From: an uncultured delta proteobacterium
Lineage (GTDB): Bacteria > Desulfobacterota > Desulfobaccia > Desulfobaccales > 0-14-0-80-60-11
Direction of reading: 5' to 3'
Length of the DNA: 64,000 bases
Assembly: GCA_963812015.1 (NCBI GenBank)
Contig: CAWETI010000002.1
Location: 288,001-352,000, forward strand
Shown here: one piece after another, positions 1 to 10,184 of the stretch
How the letters are laid out: each line of letters begins with the position of its first letter
How positions within the stretch are numbered: the first letter of the stretch is position 1
The notes under the pieces: generated by a model
Seen by the model: the letters and a program-made list of their open reading frames with translations, nothing else
Databases searched by the model: none
Told to the model about the DNA's origin: nothing
Made by a program: the position numbers and the translations under genes

Positions 1-17
1 CCTCCTTTTGCGTCTCT

Positions 18-581
18 GTGCTTTTGGCGTTGATGGTCAATGCCGAGGCCCAGGCCTTTGTCAGCACCTTTCTGGGAGACAGCCGAACCGGGGCCAAAGA
101 CCGCTTCCATTTCAACGCCTTCCTGCATATGGATATTTTAGGAGGGATCTGTTATCTGGTGGGTGGTTTCGGTTGGCCCCGAATGATTGATCTCGACCGC
201 AGTAAGTTTAAACACCCCCGCCTGTATACGGTGATCGCTCGTTGCGCGGGGCCGGTGGCCAATCTCCTCCTGGCGGGGATCGCCGGCAGTCTCGTGGCCG
301 TCATGAAATCCTTTGAATGGGACCCCCGGGTCTTTCTGATGGTGATCGGGGTCAACGTCACCACGGCTATCTACAATCTGATCCCCATACCGCCTCTGGC
401 CTTAGGCTCTCTGGTCTGCGAGTTATTGCCACAGGATCGCGCCAAAGCCATCCTGGCCCAGATCGGACCCTACCTCATCATCGCCCTGGTCCTGCTGGAG
501 CGCATCACTCACCAGGGCATCATCAGCCCGTATATCGACCCTCTGGTCAAGACGATATTCGCCTATTTCGGGAGTCCTTAG
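18..581 (+). CDS. Site-2 protease (M50 family) membrane protein, probably 5'-truncated by the window edge
   Basis: Hydrophobic ORF with GPVANLLLA and YNLIPIPPL motifs typical of M50 peptidases. The usual LDG is LAL and no HExxH is visible. Confidence 0.7.
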   Translation: MLLALMVNAEAQAFVSTFLGDSRTGAKDRFHFNAFLHMDILGGICYLVGGFGWPRMIDLDRSKFKHPRLYTVIARCAGPVANLLLAGIAGSLVAVMKSFEWDPRVFLMVIGVNVTTAIYNLIPIPPLALGSLVCELLPQDRAKAILAQIGPYLIIALVLLERITHQGIISPYIDPLVKTIFAYFGSP

Positions 582-789
582 GCTGTGTGACGGGATTGTC
601 TCCCAGGTTTCTTCGGAAACGGGCGCGCCAATACGTCCCGGTAACATCGCGGTGAAGTAGTCAGGGGTTTGGGCCATATACTGATTGCTCCCCCAGGTTT
701 GGGGCTGACCCTATTTTTTCGCTTCTTCCTTGTTCTGCCGCATTACCTGGGTGATCAACACCTCGACGTCCCGCTGCAAGATCGCTTCC

Positions 790-875
790 ACCTGGGCGGC
801 ACCTGTATGGCCCCGGGTGCGGGTGGCCTATAACCCAAGGCACGGTGAGGCCTTACCGTAATGTATTCCCGCCGG
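790..875 (-). mobile_element. IS3-family transposase C-terminal remnant
   Basis: Translates REYITVRPHRALGYRPPAPGAI, close to EYNTVRPHSALGYRPPAPEAI at 13447-13665. Confidence 0.7.
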
Positions 876-971
876 TTGAATCCCATAAATTGGCAAAGCC
901 CAAGACCTTTGGATTCAGCGGAATCGGGTATTGATTGATAAATTGCTACGAGGAATGGGCTCGCTGACATG

Positions 972-1017
972 AAAATCAGGTTTTTGGAAGCCAAATATCA
1001 TTGATTTTCCTATTGAA
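972..1017 (+). promoter_or_regulatory. Upstream motif shared with 2830-2875 (candidate response-regulator site/promoter)
   Basis: AAAATCAGG(G)TTTTT...CCTATTGAA with the same 46-bp span upstream of both the kinase and the regulator. Confidence 0.45.
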
Positions 1018-1145
1018 TGCATGAATCTAATCTGGTTTATTAGGGATGTCCATCAGGTTATAAGATTATGCTTATCTCTCATAATAATGAACAATAATTT
1101 AGATCTATGCATTAATCTCATGGGCTCCTGGAGACAAAAAACCCT

Positions 1146-2606
1146 ATGGTAACCAGATCTAAAATAATTTTTTCCTCTCTCGCCATCTTTTTGCTAGCAA
1201 TATTAAATATTATCTTTTTTTATATATTTAATATAATTATTGATTATTTGCATTTAGCATACAAAATTAATATTGATTACCCTATTTCATTAATTATTTC
1301 AGCTTTTCTTATTGCGATAATTGCTTATTACGCAATAAATAAATTATCGATCAATTCTATCTTAATAAGTGAAAAAAATATAATCGAAAAGAAACTTAAA
1401 CAAGCTCTAAGTGAAATCAAGAAAGCAAATAGCAACTTATTACTTGAAATAGCAGAGCGAAATACTATAGAAAAAGATCTTATTGAAAGTGAGGAGCAGA
1501 TAAGAACAATCATTCAAAAAGCTCCAACTGGCATAGCTTTATTAGATAAAGATGGGTGGATATTGGAGTGCAATTCTGCTTTACAAAATATGCTCGGTTA
1601 TGATCACGATGAATTAAGTGGAGTGCTTTTTGTACAAGCCATCCATCCTCAAGATGTTGTTCTCTATAAGAATAAATTTACTGAATTGATTAATGGAAGC
1701 AGTGATATATATCGAATAGATAGCCGATACATACACAGGGAATTTCGTGAAGTATGGGGTTCCCTTTCTGCATCCGTTGTAAGAGATGTGAAAGGACAGC
1801 CTCAATTTGTCATTGCTATGGTGGAAGATATTACGACAAAACATCAAGCGGAAGAGAAAATCGTTAATTACCAGAAACAACTCCAATCCTTGACCTCAGA
1901 ATTATCCCTTATTGAAGAGCGGGAACGACGACGTCTTGCCAGCAATCTCCATGACCATGTCGGCCAAGTGCTAACTTTGATTGGCATAAAAATAGATGAA
2001 CTGTATAACACAGTATCGGTCACCACTTGTGGTCCTCTCATAGAAGAAATCAGTAGTCTGATTAAGCAAACCATAAAATGTATACGATCTTTAATTTTCG
2101 AACTCAGTCCACCTATTCTTTACGATTTAGGGCTCGAGGAAGCAATAGAATGGTTGGCCGAGCATTTTGTAAAGGAATATGGCCTTAAAATTCAAGTGAA
2201 CAAGGATGAGCAGTTAAAGCCCCTGAAGACCGAAGGAAATATAATTCTCTTCCAAGCGGTAAAAGAATTGTTATTTAACATCGTCAAGCATGCACAAGCA
2301 ACTACTGCGATAATATATATTCAAAGAGCTTGTAATGATCTGCGTATTATAGTGGAAGACGATGGAATAGGTTTCGAAACTAATTTAATTGACCATAAAC
2401 AACATAAATTAAAAGGCTTCGGACTATTTAGTATTTATGAAAGATTAGAATATTATGGTGGCAGTATGATAATAAGCTCAAATAATACTCAAGGGACTAA
2501 AATAACATTATTAATGCCAATGATAACTACTACTGGAGAAGAATTGCAGGATATTTTAGAAAAATCTAAAAGTTCGTATTCTGGTAGTAGTTTTGGGAAG
2601 GTGTGA
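1146..2606 (+). CDS. Membrane PAS-domain sensor histidine kinase (NarX/UhpB, HisKA_3 type)
   Basis: Two TM segments, PAS/PAC, ERRRLASNLHDHVGQ H-box, NIVKHA, DDGIGF and GFGL ATPase motifs. AT-rich. Confidence 0.92.
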   Translation: MVTRSKIIFSSLAIFLLAILNIIFFYIFNIIIDYLHLAYKINIDYPISLIISAFLIAIIAYYAINKLSINSILISEKNIIEKKLKQALSEIKKANSNLLLEIAERNTIEKDLIESEEQIRTIIQKAPTGIALLDKDGWILECNSALQNMLGYDHDELSGVLFVQAIHPQDVVLYKNKFTELINGSSDIYRIDSRYIHREFREVWGSLSASVVRDVKGQPQFVIAMVEDITTKHQAEEKIVNYQKQLQSLTSELSLIEERERRRLASNLHDHVGQVLTLIGIKIDELYNTVSVTTCGPLIEEISSLIKQTIKCIRSLIFELSPPILYDLGLEEAIEWLAEHFVKEYGLKIQVNKDEQLKPLKTEGNIILFQAVKELLFNIVKHAQATTAIIYIQRACNDLRIIVEDDGIGFETNLIDHKQHKLKGFGLFSIYERLEYYGGSMIISSNNTQGTKITLLMPMITTTGEELQDILEKSKSSYSGSSFGKV

Positions 2607-2829
2607 TACTTTAAGGACGGCGTTCGCTTTTTGCAAATATTACCGTTGAGCTTTTTGTCTAAGCGCACATCAAGTTAGGGCGGCTCTCCGTTGTATAAGT
2701 AAGCCGGCACTATCTTGCCACTCTCAAGAATTTATTAACAAATTTAATAGTTGTAGGACTGGTCTCAATAGCCTTCGCAAACATTAGCGCCAATTAATTA
2801 TCCTCGGAATCTTCCTATAGCCTGATATT

Positions 2830-2875
2830 AAAATCAGGGTTTTTATGACGATAATCTTCTATTCTCCCTATTGAA
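2830..2875 (+). promoter_or_regulatory. Second copy of the motif at 972-1017
   Basis: aaaatcagggttttt...ccctattgaa upstream of the response regulator. Confidence 0.45.
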
Positions 2876-2938
2876 GAATTTAACTTCATAATATTCAATA
2901 GGAATATAGTGATAAAAAATAAAATTCTAGGAGAATAC

Positions 2939-3586
2939 ATGAGCCTAAAAGTTCTGATTGCCGACGATCATCGGATTATCCGGGAGGGTCTGCGGGCAAT
3001 GCTCGAAAAAGAGCCTGATATCAAAGTGGTGGGGGATGCGGCGGATGGCCGGGTGGCGCAACTGCTGGCTCGCGATCTAAACCCTGATGTAGTTATCATG
3101 GATGTAAACATGCCGGAATTAAATGGTATCGAGGCTACTCGCCAAATTGCGGCCGAGTTGCGCGGGGTAAAAATCATTGCTCTTTCCATGCATGAAGATC
3201 GGCGTTTTGTTTTGAACATGCTCAAGGCCGGGGCGTCTGGTTATATGCTGAAGGATGATGCATTTAGAAATTTAGCTAAGGCGGTCCGGATGGTGGTAGC
3301 AAATAAAACCTATCTTAGCCATGAGATAACCGAGCTCTTGGAAAACAACTACCAGACATTGCCCATCTCTCTGGAATCTGCTGATTGTCAATTGCTCTCT
3401 TGCAGAGAACGGGAAGTCCTCCAACTTGTTGCCGAAGGCAAGACTTCCAATCAAATTGCTGACAGCCTCCACATCAGTGTAAAGACAGTAGAAACTCATC
3501 GTGGCCAGCTCATAGCGAAATTAAAGGTCAAGAGCATTGCTGAGCTGACCAAGTATGCCATCCGTGAAGGATTGACCTCTGCATAA
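2939..3586 (+). CDS. NarL/LuxR-family DNA-binding response regulator
   Basis: IADDH and MDVNMP receiver domain; LSCREREVLQLVAEG..ISVKTVETHR HTH; AGGAG RBS before ATG 2939. Confidence 0.95.
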   Translation: MSLKVLIADDHRIIREGLRAMLEKEPDIKVVGDAADGRVAQLLARDLNPDVVIMDVNMPELNGIEATRQIAAELRGVKIIALSMHEDRRFVLNMLKAGASGYMLKDDAFRNLAKAVRMVVANKTYLSHEITELLENNYQTLPISLESADCQLLSCREREVLQLVAEGKTSNQIADSLHISVKTVETHRGQLIAKLKVKSIAELTKYAIREGLTSA

Positions 3587-3922
3587 TCTTGCCAATGGGG
3601 CCTCATGACCTTTGAAAGGGATAAAACGTTGTCTTCGCTGGTGGCAATGTATCTTGTCTTTATCATAAGTTCTCAAACATACCAGTGCGTTATAAATATG
3701 ATCGCCCTATCGAAACGGGTCATATGGTCATGGTTCCACCCTAAACCGGGTCCCCTTACAGAGTCAGGGACTTATCGTTTAAAATCGGGCCTTCAAACGG
3801 CTCTGCACTGCGGAAAAATCTTAAAAAGCTAGCACGGCCCCGCCCCGCCTAAATGATTGGGGTTCAAAAGTGTTGGGGTTCAAACCGATGGGGATTTGTG
3901 GGGTTATATTGCCCAGCCCAGG

Positions 3923-3961
3923 TGACCTGCCCCCCGTAGTTGTACCAAGTCTTTAAGTTAG
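3923..3961 (-). mobile_element. Isolated IS3-family right end (terminal inverted repeat)
   Basis: TGACCTGCCCCCCGTAGTTGTACCAAGT is the near reverse complement of the IS end at ~13657-13694. Confidence 0.75.
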
Positions 3962-4607
3962 TCTGGGGGTCACAGCAATGGCGTGCGAGGCCCTGCAATA
4001 CATGGAGTCATATAAAGGGGGAGGTGCGGCATTGATTACCCTTCATATCAGTAATCAGGTTTGGAGTCCTGAAAACTGCGGCCAAGGGCCGGGCATGGCG
4101 GCTGCTGGCCGAGGGAGACGAACCTATCCCCCAGGGCCGTTGAAGCTGAGGGTACGCTTGCGCTCTGGGCGCGATAACCGTGGAAACTTTACCCCCACGG
4201 TCGTAGGGACAACGGCAGCCGAAAAACGACGGTGGGGCCAGCCAACAAAGAGCACATATGGATAAAGTATCAAAGCGTTTTGGGAGTACCCAAAAGGGCG
4301 TATACATAGCAGTGATCGACACTGTAGCTTGTAGGCAAAATGTCGACTCTGTCAGAAATAAAAATCAGATTAGTTTCGGTATAAGGCAATATTGGGTGCG
4401 GAATGGCCCAGCCCGAAAAATCAAGAAATTGCTTCAAGGAGGCGGAAAGCATAAACCTTCAGGCAGACCGGGCCAATCGCATTCTGAATTGTGTCTATCG
4501 AGCATGGATTTAAAACGAATATTAAAAACATCGATACGGCTGCCTCCCTGGAATGATGGGATAGATAGCGCCATGTCGGCTGCGTGGGGAGTGCGTTGTA
4601 CGTCCCT

Positions 4608-5360
4608 TTACCACAGGCCGGCCTGCCTCAGGTCTGCGAATGGGCCCCCGAAGTAGCTGCAGTTCCAGAAAGCCGTGTGGGCGATCTCCTCCGCGACTTT
4701 CCGGGCCATCTCCGGATTGTCGGCAAAGACCACGATCCGCGTCCCCTTGTCGGTGTAAGGCAGACGCCCATCTTCATTCGCCACCTTAACCTCTCCCGCC
4801 TGGACGTTCACCGCCCCGGGGACAGTCCCTTTGGCGAATTCCTCCTTGGGGCGGGCATCAACCCATACGGCGGTTTTGTCCTTTGGAAAGATGTATTTAC
4901 AACCTGCCATATCCGTCTGCACGGAATTGCCGTACGCCCTCCAAACCGGCATGCCCATCTGGTAGCGTTTGATGTTAGTGTAGCCCTTCGTGAACAGTTG
5001 TTCGGCCACTCGCTTGACTTTGTGGCAATACGGCCCATTGCAGTAAATTACCATGCCCGCCTTCTTGTCGGGGAGGAGCTGCATCAGTTTATCCATATCC
5101 TTTTCATAGATATGGATGCTGCCGGGGATATGGGCGATGGCATACTCTTTGGATGTGCGCACGTCAACCACGGGTTCGGATTTGTTGGCCAGAATCTGCT
5201 TCAATTCCTCCGTGGAAATCTCTACGCCGACCCCGGCAGGTTCCTTCGGCGCAACTGTCTGTGGCATTTGCGCCGGCGCTGGTGCAGGCACAAGCAGACA
5301 AAGTAGAAATAATAATACTGCTGCCATGGTCCAATTGAATTTTCTCCGATATCCGAACAT
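4608..5360 (-). CDS. Exported tandem rhodanese-domain protein
   Basis: Signal peptide; VDVR..EYAIAHIPGS, IYCNGPYC and a second VDARP..GTVPGAVN domain. Confidence 0.88.
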   Translation of the reverse strand: MFGYRRKFNWTMAAVLLFLLCLLVPAPAPAQMPQTVAPKEPAGVGVEISTEELKQILANKSEPVVDVRTSKEYAIAHIPGSIHIYEKDMDKLMQLLPDKKAGMVIYCNGPYCHKVKRVAEQLFTKGYTNIKRYQMGMPVWRAYGNSVQTDMAGCKYIFPKDKTAVWVDARPKEEFAKGTVPGAVNVQAGEVKVANEDGRLPYTDKGTRIVVFADNPEMARKVAEEIAHTAFWNCSYFGGPFADLRQAGLW

Positions 5361-5644
5361 CGTTATTCCTCCTCAGCATTTTCTCCCCTTGTGATCAGGA
5401 GCCTTTGGCCTCCGGCAACCCTCTTTTCTGCCATTCCGGAAAGCCGTGGGGATCACGGTAAACGTTCTGATAGCCAAGCTTGACAGCCACCCGGGCTGCG
5501 GAGTCGCTCCGGACTCAGGCAAGGCCAGCTCATTAAAAGACCACCTTGCCAGGTTGGACGCAATGAAAAATTAACCACGCCAGGGATATGGCCGATGGCG
5601 AATTACGCCGCCTGCCGCACCCCACAATAAAATAAATTGCACCT

Positions 5645-5956
5645 TCAAACCACCCCCCCACTTCCATGGCGGAAATGTGGTCGCGGCCCCTCGGTCTGGG
5701 CGCTGCCCAGGAGGGACTTCCCCAAGGCCGCGGCAAAGGCCCCCGTATAACTGATTTTGACCCCGGTTTTCTGCTCATAGAGTTGATTGGCGGGCATCAT
5801 GGCTTCGGCCAGGCCCCCGCAGGACCAGACCTGCAAATGATCCACGGCAAACTTCTGCGCCTGGGCCAGGTTCAAGGGCAACGCCGCCCCGACCACCGTC
5901 ATGGCCGCAGTTTTAATAAAGTCTCGTCTGCCGGGATAATCCTGATGTTGTTTCAT
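5645..5956 (-). pseudogene. Truncated Tat-exported ModA-like (oxyanion ABC substrate-binding) protein
   Basis: RRDFIK Tat signal, then an SBP-like N-terminus (LQVWSCGGLAEAM..YEQKTGVKISYTG) that ends after ~90 aa. Confidence 0.6.
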
Positions 5957-6334
5957 TCCTTCTCCTTGCTTGGTTGTCTGACAATCACTGCCATTAATAC
6001 TCCTTTGTGGTTTAGTGTAGCCTCACCTTAACAAGCCAAAGCAAGGGAAGACGTGACCTGCTGATCCCGGAAATGGACCATGTCGATGGCCCGTTCAAGG
6101 AAACCACGAAGGTTTTGTCCATCTGGGCGATGGGCCGACCATTGCGGGCAGTCTTCTTCCATCGTGGCGCAGCACTAGGCAAGCGCGCCGCAACGCAGAA
6201 ATATCAAAATTAATCAGGTAGTTATTGAATTAGAGACCACAGGTTGGATGGGATTAACAGGGATAGTAACTTGGGGAGGTCTTACCTTACAGAAGGAAAC
6301 GCCGGACTTGTGCAGCTAATCCGAAGGAAACCTC

Positions 6335-6478
6335 GATCCCAGGTGATCCGCCCCACCCCTTACCAGTCTGGATACTAGCAAGAGCCTTACCAAGGCTCTG
6401 CGGTCGCCTGAGCTTCAGGATTTCACCTTAATGGGAATAAACGGCCGATACACCCGGAACCACCTCCTTTTCTAAAGT
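6335..6478 (-). ncRNA. Structured RNA / 12-codon leader element, copy B (sORF 6453-6415)
   Basis: Promoter TTGAAT-17-TACAAT (6514-6486), AAAGGAGGTG, GTG..TGA, hairpins and a terminal stem; homologous to 6700-6838. Confidence 0.6.
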
Positions 6479-6699
6479 TCGCTTCATTGTAGGGTGATAG
6501 GATATGCCATTCAACAATTTTCTTGTCTGCTCATCAGCCAACCTGGTTCCTCCCTCCCCGTGAAAAGGAAGGCATTTGAACAGCCACCCTCAGGCTGGTT
6601 GCATAACTGTCCCAAAACCCGATGGCAGGGGGAAGCCTATAACCCTTTGTGAAATAACTATTGCATTTGTTTGGCACTCGGTTTTATAATGCTTCCCAT

Positions 6700-6838
6700 C
6701 CTCAACAAAGGAGGTGATTCCCAGGTGCTACGTTTGCTCTTCCCCGGTTCCGGCAGATCCTGAACCCAGGTTTACCGAGAGGCCTTGGTAAGGCTCTCGC
6801 CATCAGCCCGACTGAGAACCGCAGGGGCGCCTGGGAGT
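6700..6838 (+). ncRNA. Structured RNA / 12-codon leader element, copy A (sORF 6725-6763)
   Basis: Promoter TTGCAT-18-TATAAT (6661-6690), AAAGGAGGTG, closing stem CCCAGGTGC/GCGCCTGGG, hairpin GCCTT-GGT-AAGGC. Confidence 0.6.
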
Positions 6839-7181
6839 AAAGAAATCTAAGTACGGTTTTCCCCGTTTCATTCCCTTCTTTAACCTCGCCGCCATTCCCT
6901 GCCCTTCTCAGAACGGCAGATTCCAACCTTGGGCCTAAGTCAGACGAGCGCCGCTTTCTGTAGGGCGGGGTATCTGGCAACTGCCAAAATCTGTAGACCA
7001 CCGGAAGCGCCAAGCACAGATCGTTGAAATTTGTTTGCCCGTGGGTTTTAAGGTATGACCAACCTCAACTTGAGGAGGATCTTAGGAGAGAAAAATTCAT
7101 AAGGTTCAACCGGTGCATCCGCGCTAACAAGGCGTCAAGGAGGGAAAAACTCCCGACCTCACCTATTACAATGGAGGATCT

Positions 7182-8417
7182 ATGAAGGATCACGAATCAG
7201 ATCTGGTCCCCAGGCATTTAGGAATGGTATCGCGGCGAGATTTTTTGAAGTTCTGCACCATTGCGGCGGTGGGCATGGGGCTGCCCCTGGGCATGGGAGC
7301 CAAAATCGCCGAAGCAGTTGCCAACCTCAAGCGTCCGCCGGTCATTTGGCTCTCCGGCCAGGAGTGCACCGGCTGTACTGAAACCCTGCTACGCTCCACC
7401 CACCCCACGGTGGAGCAGCTGATCCTCGATCTCATCTCCCTCGATTATCACGAAACGCTGAGCACGCCTTCGGGCCACCTGGCGGAAGAAGCCAGGGCGA
7501 AATCCATTGCGGAAAACCAGGGTAAGTTCATCCTGGTGACGGACGGCTCTATTCCCACCAAGGACGGCGGTATCTACTGCCAGATCGGCGGCCGGCCGGT
7601 GCTGGACATCTTGAGAGAGACCGCCCCCCAGGCCATGGCCGTGATCGCCATCGGCTCCTGTGCCTCTTGGGGCGGCATCCCCTCGGCCTCTCCCAACCCC
7701 ACCGGCGCCGTGTCCACCGCCGAGGCCCTGGGCGGCAAATTTACCGTGATCAATATCCCGGGCTGCCCGCCCAACCCTTATAACTTCCTGTCCACCGTGC
7801 TCTATGTCCTGACCTTCAAAAAACTGCCCGAGCTGGACGATAAGGCCCGGCCCAAATTTGCCTATCGCCGCCTCATCCACGAGGGCTGCGAGCGGCGGGC
7901 GCATTTCGACGCCGGTCGCTTTGCCCTGGAGTTCGGCGACGACGGCCATCGTCGGGGTTGGTGTCTCTACAAACTGGGGTGCAAGGGGCCTGAGACCTAT
8001 AACAACTGCCCCGAGCAACTCTTCGGCGACGTCGGTCCCCGGAGCTGGCCGGTGGGCACCGGCTGCCCCTGCTTCGGCTGCTCCGAGAAGGGCGTGGGCT
8101 TTACCAAGCCCATACCTGAACAGGCCAGCCTGGCGTATTTCACCCCGGCGGGTTTACCCTTGGAGGAGGGTAAAGTCCGGGTAGGGGGCGGGGAGCTGCG
8201 CCTGACTCCGCCCACCGCCTTTGCGCCCATTCAGGCCCCCGAGGGGCATGGCGTTACTACCGCGGCCGTGGGCCTGGCGGCCGGTTTGGCCGGCCTGGCT
8301 GTGGGCGCCGGCGCGGTTGCCGCCATGAAGCTGGGCAAAGAAAAATCGGACCCCGGAGCGGTTCTGTCAAATGAAAGAGGCCGTTGTGCCGGTGGGCCGC
8401 GAGACTTGTGGCGATGA
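7182..8417 (+). CDS. hybO: [NiFe] hydrogenase small subunit (HybO-like, Tat-exported, C-terminal TM anchor)
   Basis: SRRDFLK Tat signal; ECTGC, GSCASWGG, GCPP, WCLYKLGCKGP and CFGC Fe-S motifs. Confidence 0.9.
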   Translation: MKDHESDLVPRHLGMVSRRDFLKFCTIAAVGMGLPLGMGAKIAEAVANLKRPPVIWLSGQECTGCTETLLRSTHPTVEQLILDLISLDYHETLSTPSGHLAEEARAKSIAENQGKFILVTDGSIPTKDGGIYCQIGGRPVLDILRETAPQAMAVIAIGSCASWGGIPSASPNPTGAVSTAEALGGKFTVINIPGCPPNPYNFLSTVLYVLTFKKLPELDDKARPKFAYRRLIHEGCERRAHFDAGRFALEFGDDGHRRGWCLYKLGCKGPETYNNCPEQLFGDVGPRSWPVGTGCPCFGCSEKGVGFTKPIPEQASLAYFTPAGLPLEEGKVRVGGGELRLTPPTAFAPIQAPEGHGVTTAAVGLAAGLAGLAVGAGAVAAMKLGKEKSDPGAVLSNERGRCAGGPRDLWR

Positions 8418-8569
8418 CGCGCCGCTTAAAACCGGTGGCGTTTATGGCGCAACCCCCTTGATTTCCGCTTAAAATCGCCAAGGGACCAGCCATGCAACGG
8501 AACAGAGAGAAAGCCGGCTGGTCCGCTAACGGCTAGGCTTCTATCCCGGATGTACCTTGACATAGTTTT

Positions 8570-8629
8570 GTAGGGGCGCACCCGCGTGTGCGCCCTCAAT
8601 CAGGGCGGACACATGGGTCCGCCCCTACG
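8570..8629. repeat. GTAG-type REP palindromic doublet
   Basis: GTAGGGGCGCACCCGCGTGTGCGCCCT...AGGGCGGACACATGGGTCCGCCCCTAC; related units at ~20917-20966, ~56760 and ~60062. Confidence 0.65.
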
Positions 8630-8690
8630 AAAAGTGTTAAATACTTTTTAAAGGAAAATTTGGGACACGGCACCAGGGGGACGCGGCATT

Positions 8691-9080
8691 TTACCATGCA
8701 GCCGGTCCCCCCAGGGAGTGGCGGACTTTCTCCCGGAGAGAGAGGACGCGGATGGATTCCTGAAGACAGCCCAGGGAGACGTGGAGGGAATGGGACTCTT
8801 CGGCCTTGCGGAAGAGGCGGTCCAGGCGGACCTCCAGGAGGGCCAATTTTTCCAGGAAGGCGGAGGCCTGGGACTGATCGGCCTGGCGCTGCTGGAGCAC
8901 CAGTTGATGGCGGAGATGCTTGGTATGGCGGCAGAGGGCCGAGGCACTGAGGCCATGGGTGGCGGCCAGGGTGCGGAGGGGCAGGCCATCGATGAGGGCG
9001 CGGTCGATCTCCGGGCGGGAGGGGTGATTACAGACGGTACAGCGGGCAGACTGATGGGCGGGGCCGTAATGTTTCGCCAT
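8691..9080 (-). CDS. Hypothetical CxxCxH/HTH protein of mobile-element type
   Basis: CTVCNHPSRPEIDRAL..LRTLAATHGLSASALCRH; GAGGAG RBS. Confidence 0.65.
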   Translation of the reverse strand: MAKHYGPAHQSARCTVCNHPSRPEIDRALIDGLPLRTLAATHGLSASALCRHTKHLRHQLVLQQRQADQSQASAFLEKLALLEVRLDRLFRKAEESHSLHVSLGCLQESIRVLSLREKVRHSLGGPAAW

Positions 9081-9568
9081 AGTTGTACTCCTCAAGGTTG
9101 ATAGTGCCGCACCGGCGAGACGCCTGTGCCACTCACCGGAGGATAGCAGGGCAGGCGGCCGGGAGGCCAGAACGGGCGGGAAAGATGGCGTGGAAAAGAC
9201 GGGTGAAAAGGGGAAAGAGGTGGATATAGTGAAGGTTGATTGACCAGCAGCAAATCAAGATCAGATTCGAGCTGACAATGGGGCCTAAAATTTACCTGCC
9301 GGGAGGATTTGAGAGGCAGCTATGGTCTTGCTATCAAAAACTTTCCTCTGGGTTAACAGAGTGGTGATCTAGAGCAGTTATTAGAGGTTTAGCAGGCGGG
9401 TCTCCGGCCCATCTTCCTGCCCCCTTCGACCCACTATTCTGACCTAACGCGTGGATCAGTTATTGGGGGGCACGTTACCTTCGATACAGTCCCTAACAAC
9501 TCGGACCTGATGGGTGGGGTGCAACTTGCCGATAAGGCTTTGAACCTTGCCGGGCACGCTGACCCCCC

Positions 9569-10183
9569 TCAGTGCTTCCCAGCCCCTTGAATCGCCTCGG
9601 CAATCTCCTGGCTGAGCTGGGCCAGCGCCCGGCTCTGTGCCGCAACCAACGCGGCATAATCCGCACCCGTCACCGGCTCGCGAATACTGGACCGATTCAT
9701 TTTGAGCAGCTTTTTCTCCGGTCCCCCGAAGATGCTCCAGCGCGCCTCCAGCCAGGCGGCGTCGCCCAACCGGCCATCACAACGCACGATATCCACTACC
9801 ACTTGGTAGTCGATGGGCACGGACATGCGCCAGGGATAGAGATAAATCCGTTCGGTCAACAGGAGAACACCAATATTGTCGGCCAGAACATTAATGAAGT
9901 TATCCTTGAAGGAGCCCACCCAGCGATCGAACTGGGCTTTTACCGCCTGATTGTCGCTGGTGCGGGTGACCAGCATAGACTGGTCGAGGTAATCGGCCAG
10001 CTTGACGGGGCCGATGCCGATAACCGCGTTCTGGGCCGGGCTTTGCCTCTTTGAAATCACCTGGTCTTCCTGTATGGAGTTCAAGGTGTAAAAACGCGGC
10101 GATTGACTCCTACAGCCGCCTAAAAAGAGGGCCGCGGTCGCCAGGATGACCGCTAAGCCGCGAGAAAAAGGCACTACTCTCAT
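9569..10183 (-). CDS. PqiC-family ABC auxiliary lipoprotein
   Basis: Lipobox FLGGC, RFYTL and IGPVKLADYLD; follows the MCE gene. Confidence 0.88.
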   Translation of the reverse strand: MRVVPFSRGLAVILATAALFLGGCRSQSPRFYTLNSIQEDQVISKRQSPAQNAVIGIGPVKLADYLDQSMLVTRTSDNQAVKAQFDRWVGSFKDNFINVLADNIGVLLLTERIYLYPWRMSVPIDYQVVVDIVRCDGRLGDAAWLEARWSIFGGPEKKLLKMNRSSIREPVTGADYAALVAAQSRALAQLSQEIAEAIQGAGKH

Positions 10184-10184
10184 G

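Noticed and set aside
3605..4600. Several short overlapping ORFs
   Set aside because: No motifs or convincing RBS; likely degenerate intergenic DNA around an IS end.
6700..6838. 6S RNA or Moco riboswitch identity for the paired RNA elements
   Set aside because: Neither a 6S-type rod with a central bubble nor the Moco consensus could be recognised; left unassigned pending an Rfam scan.
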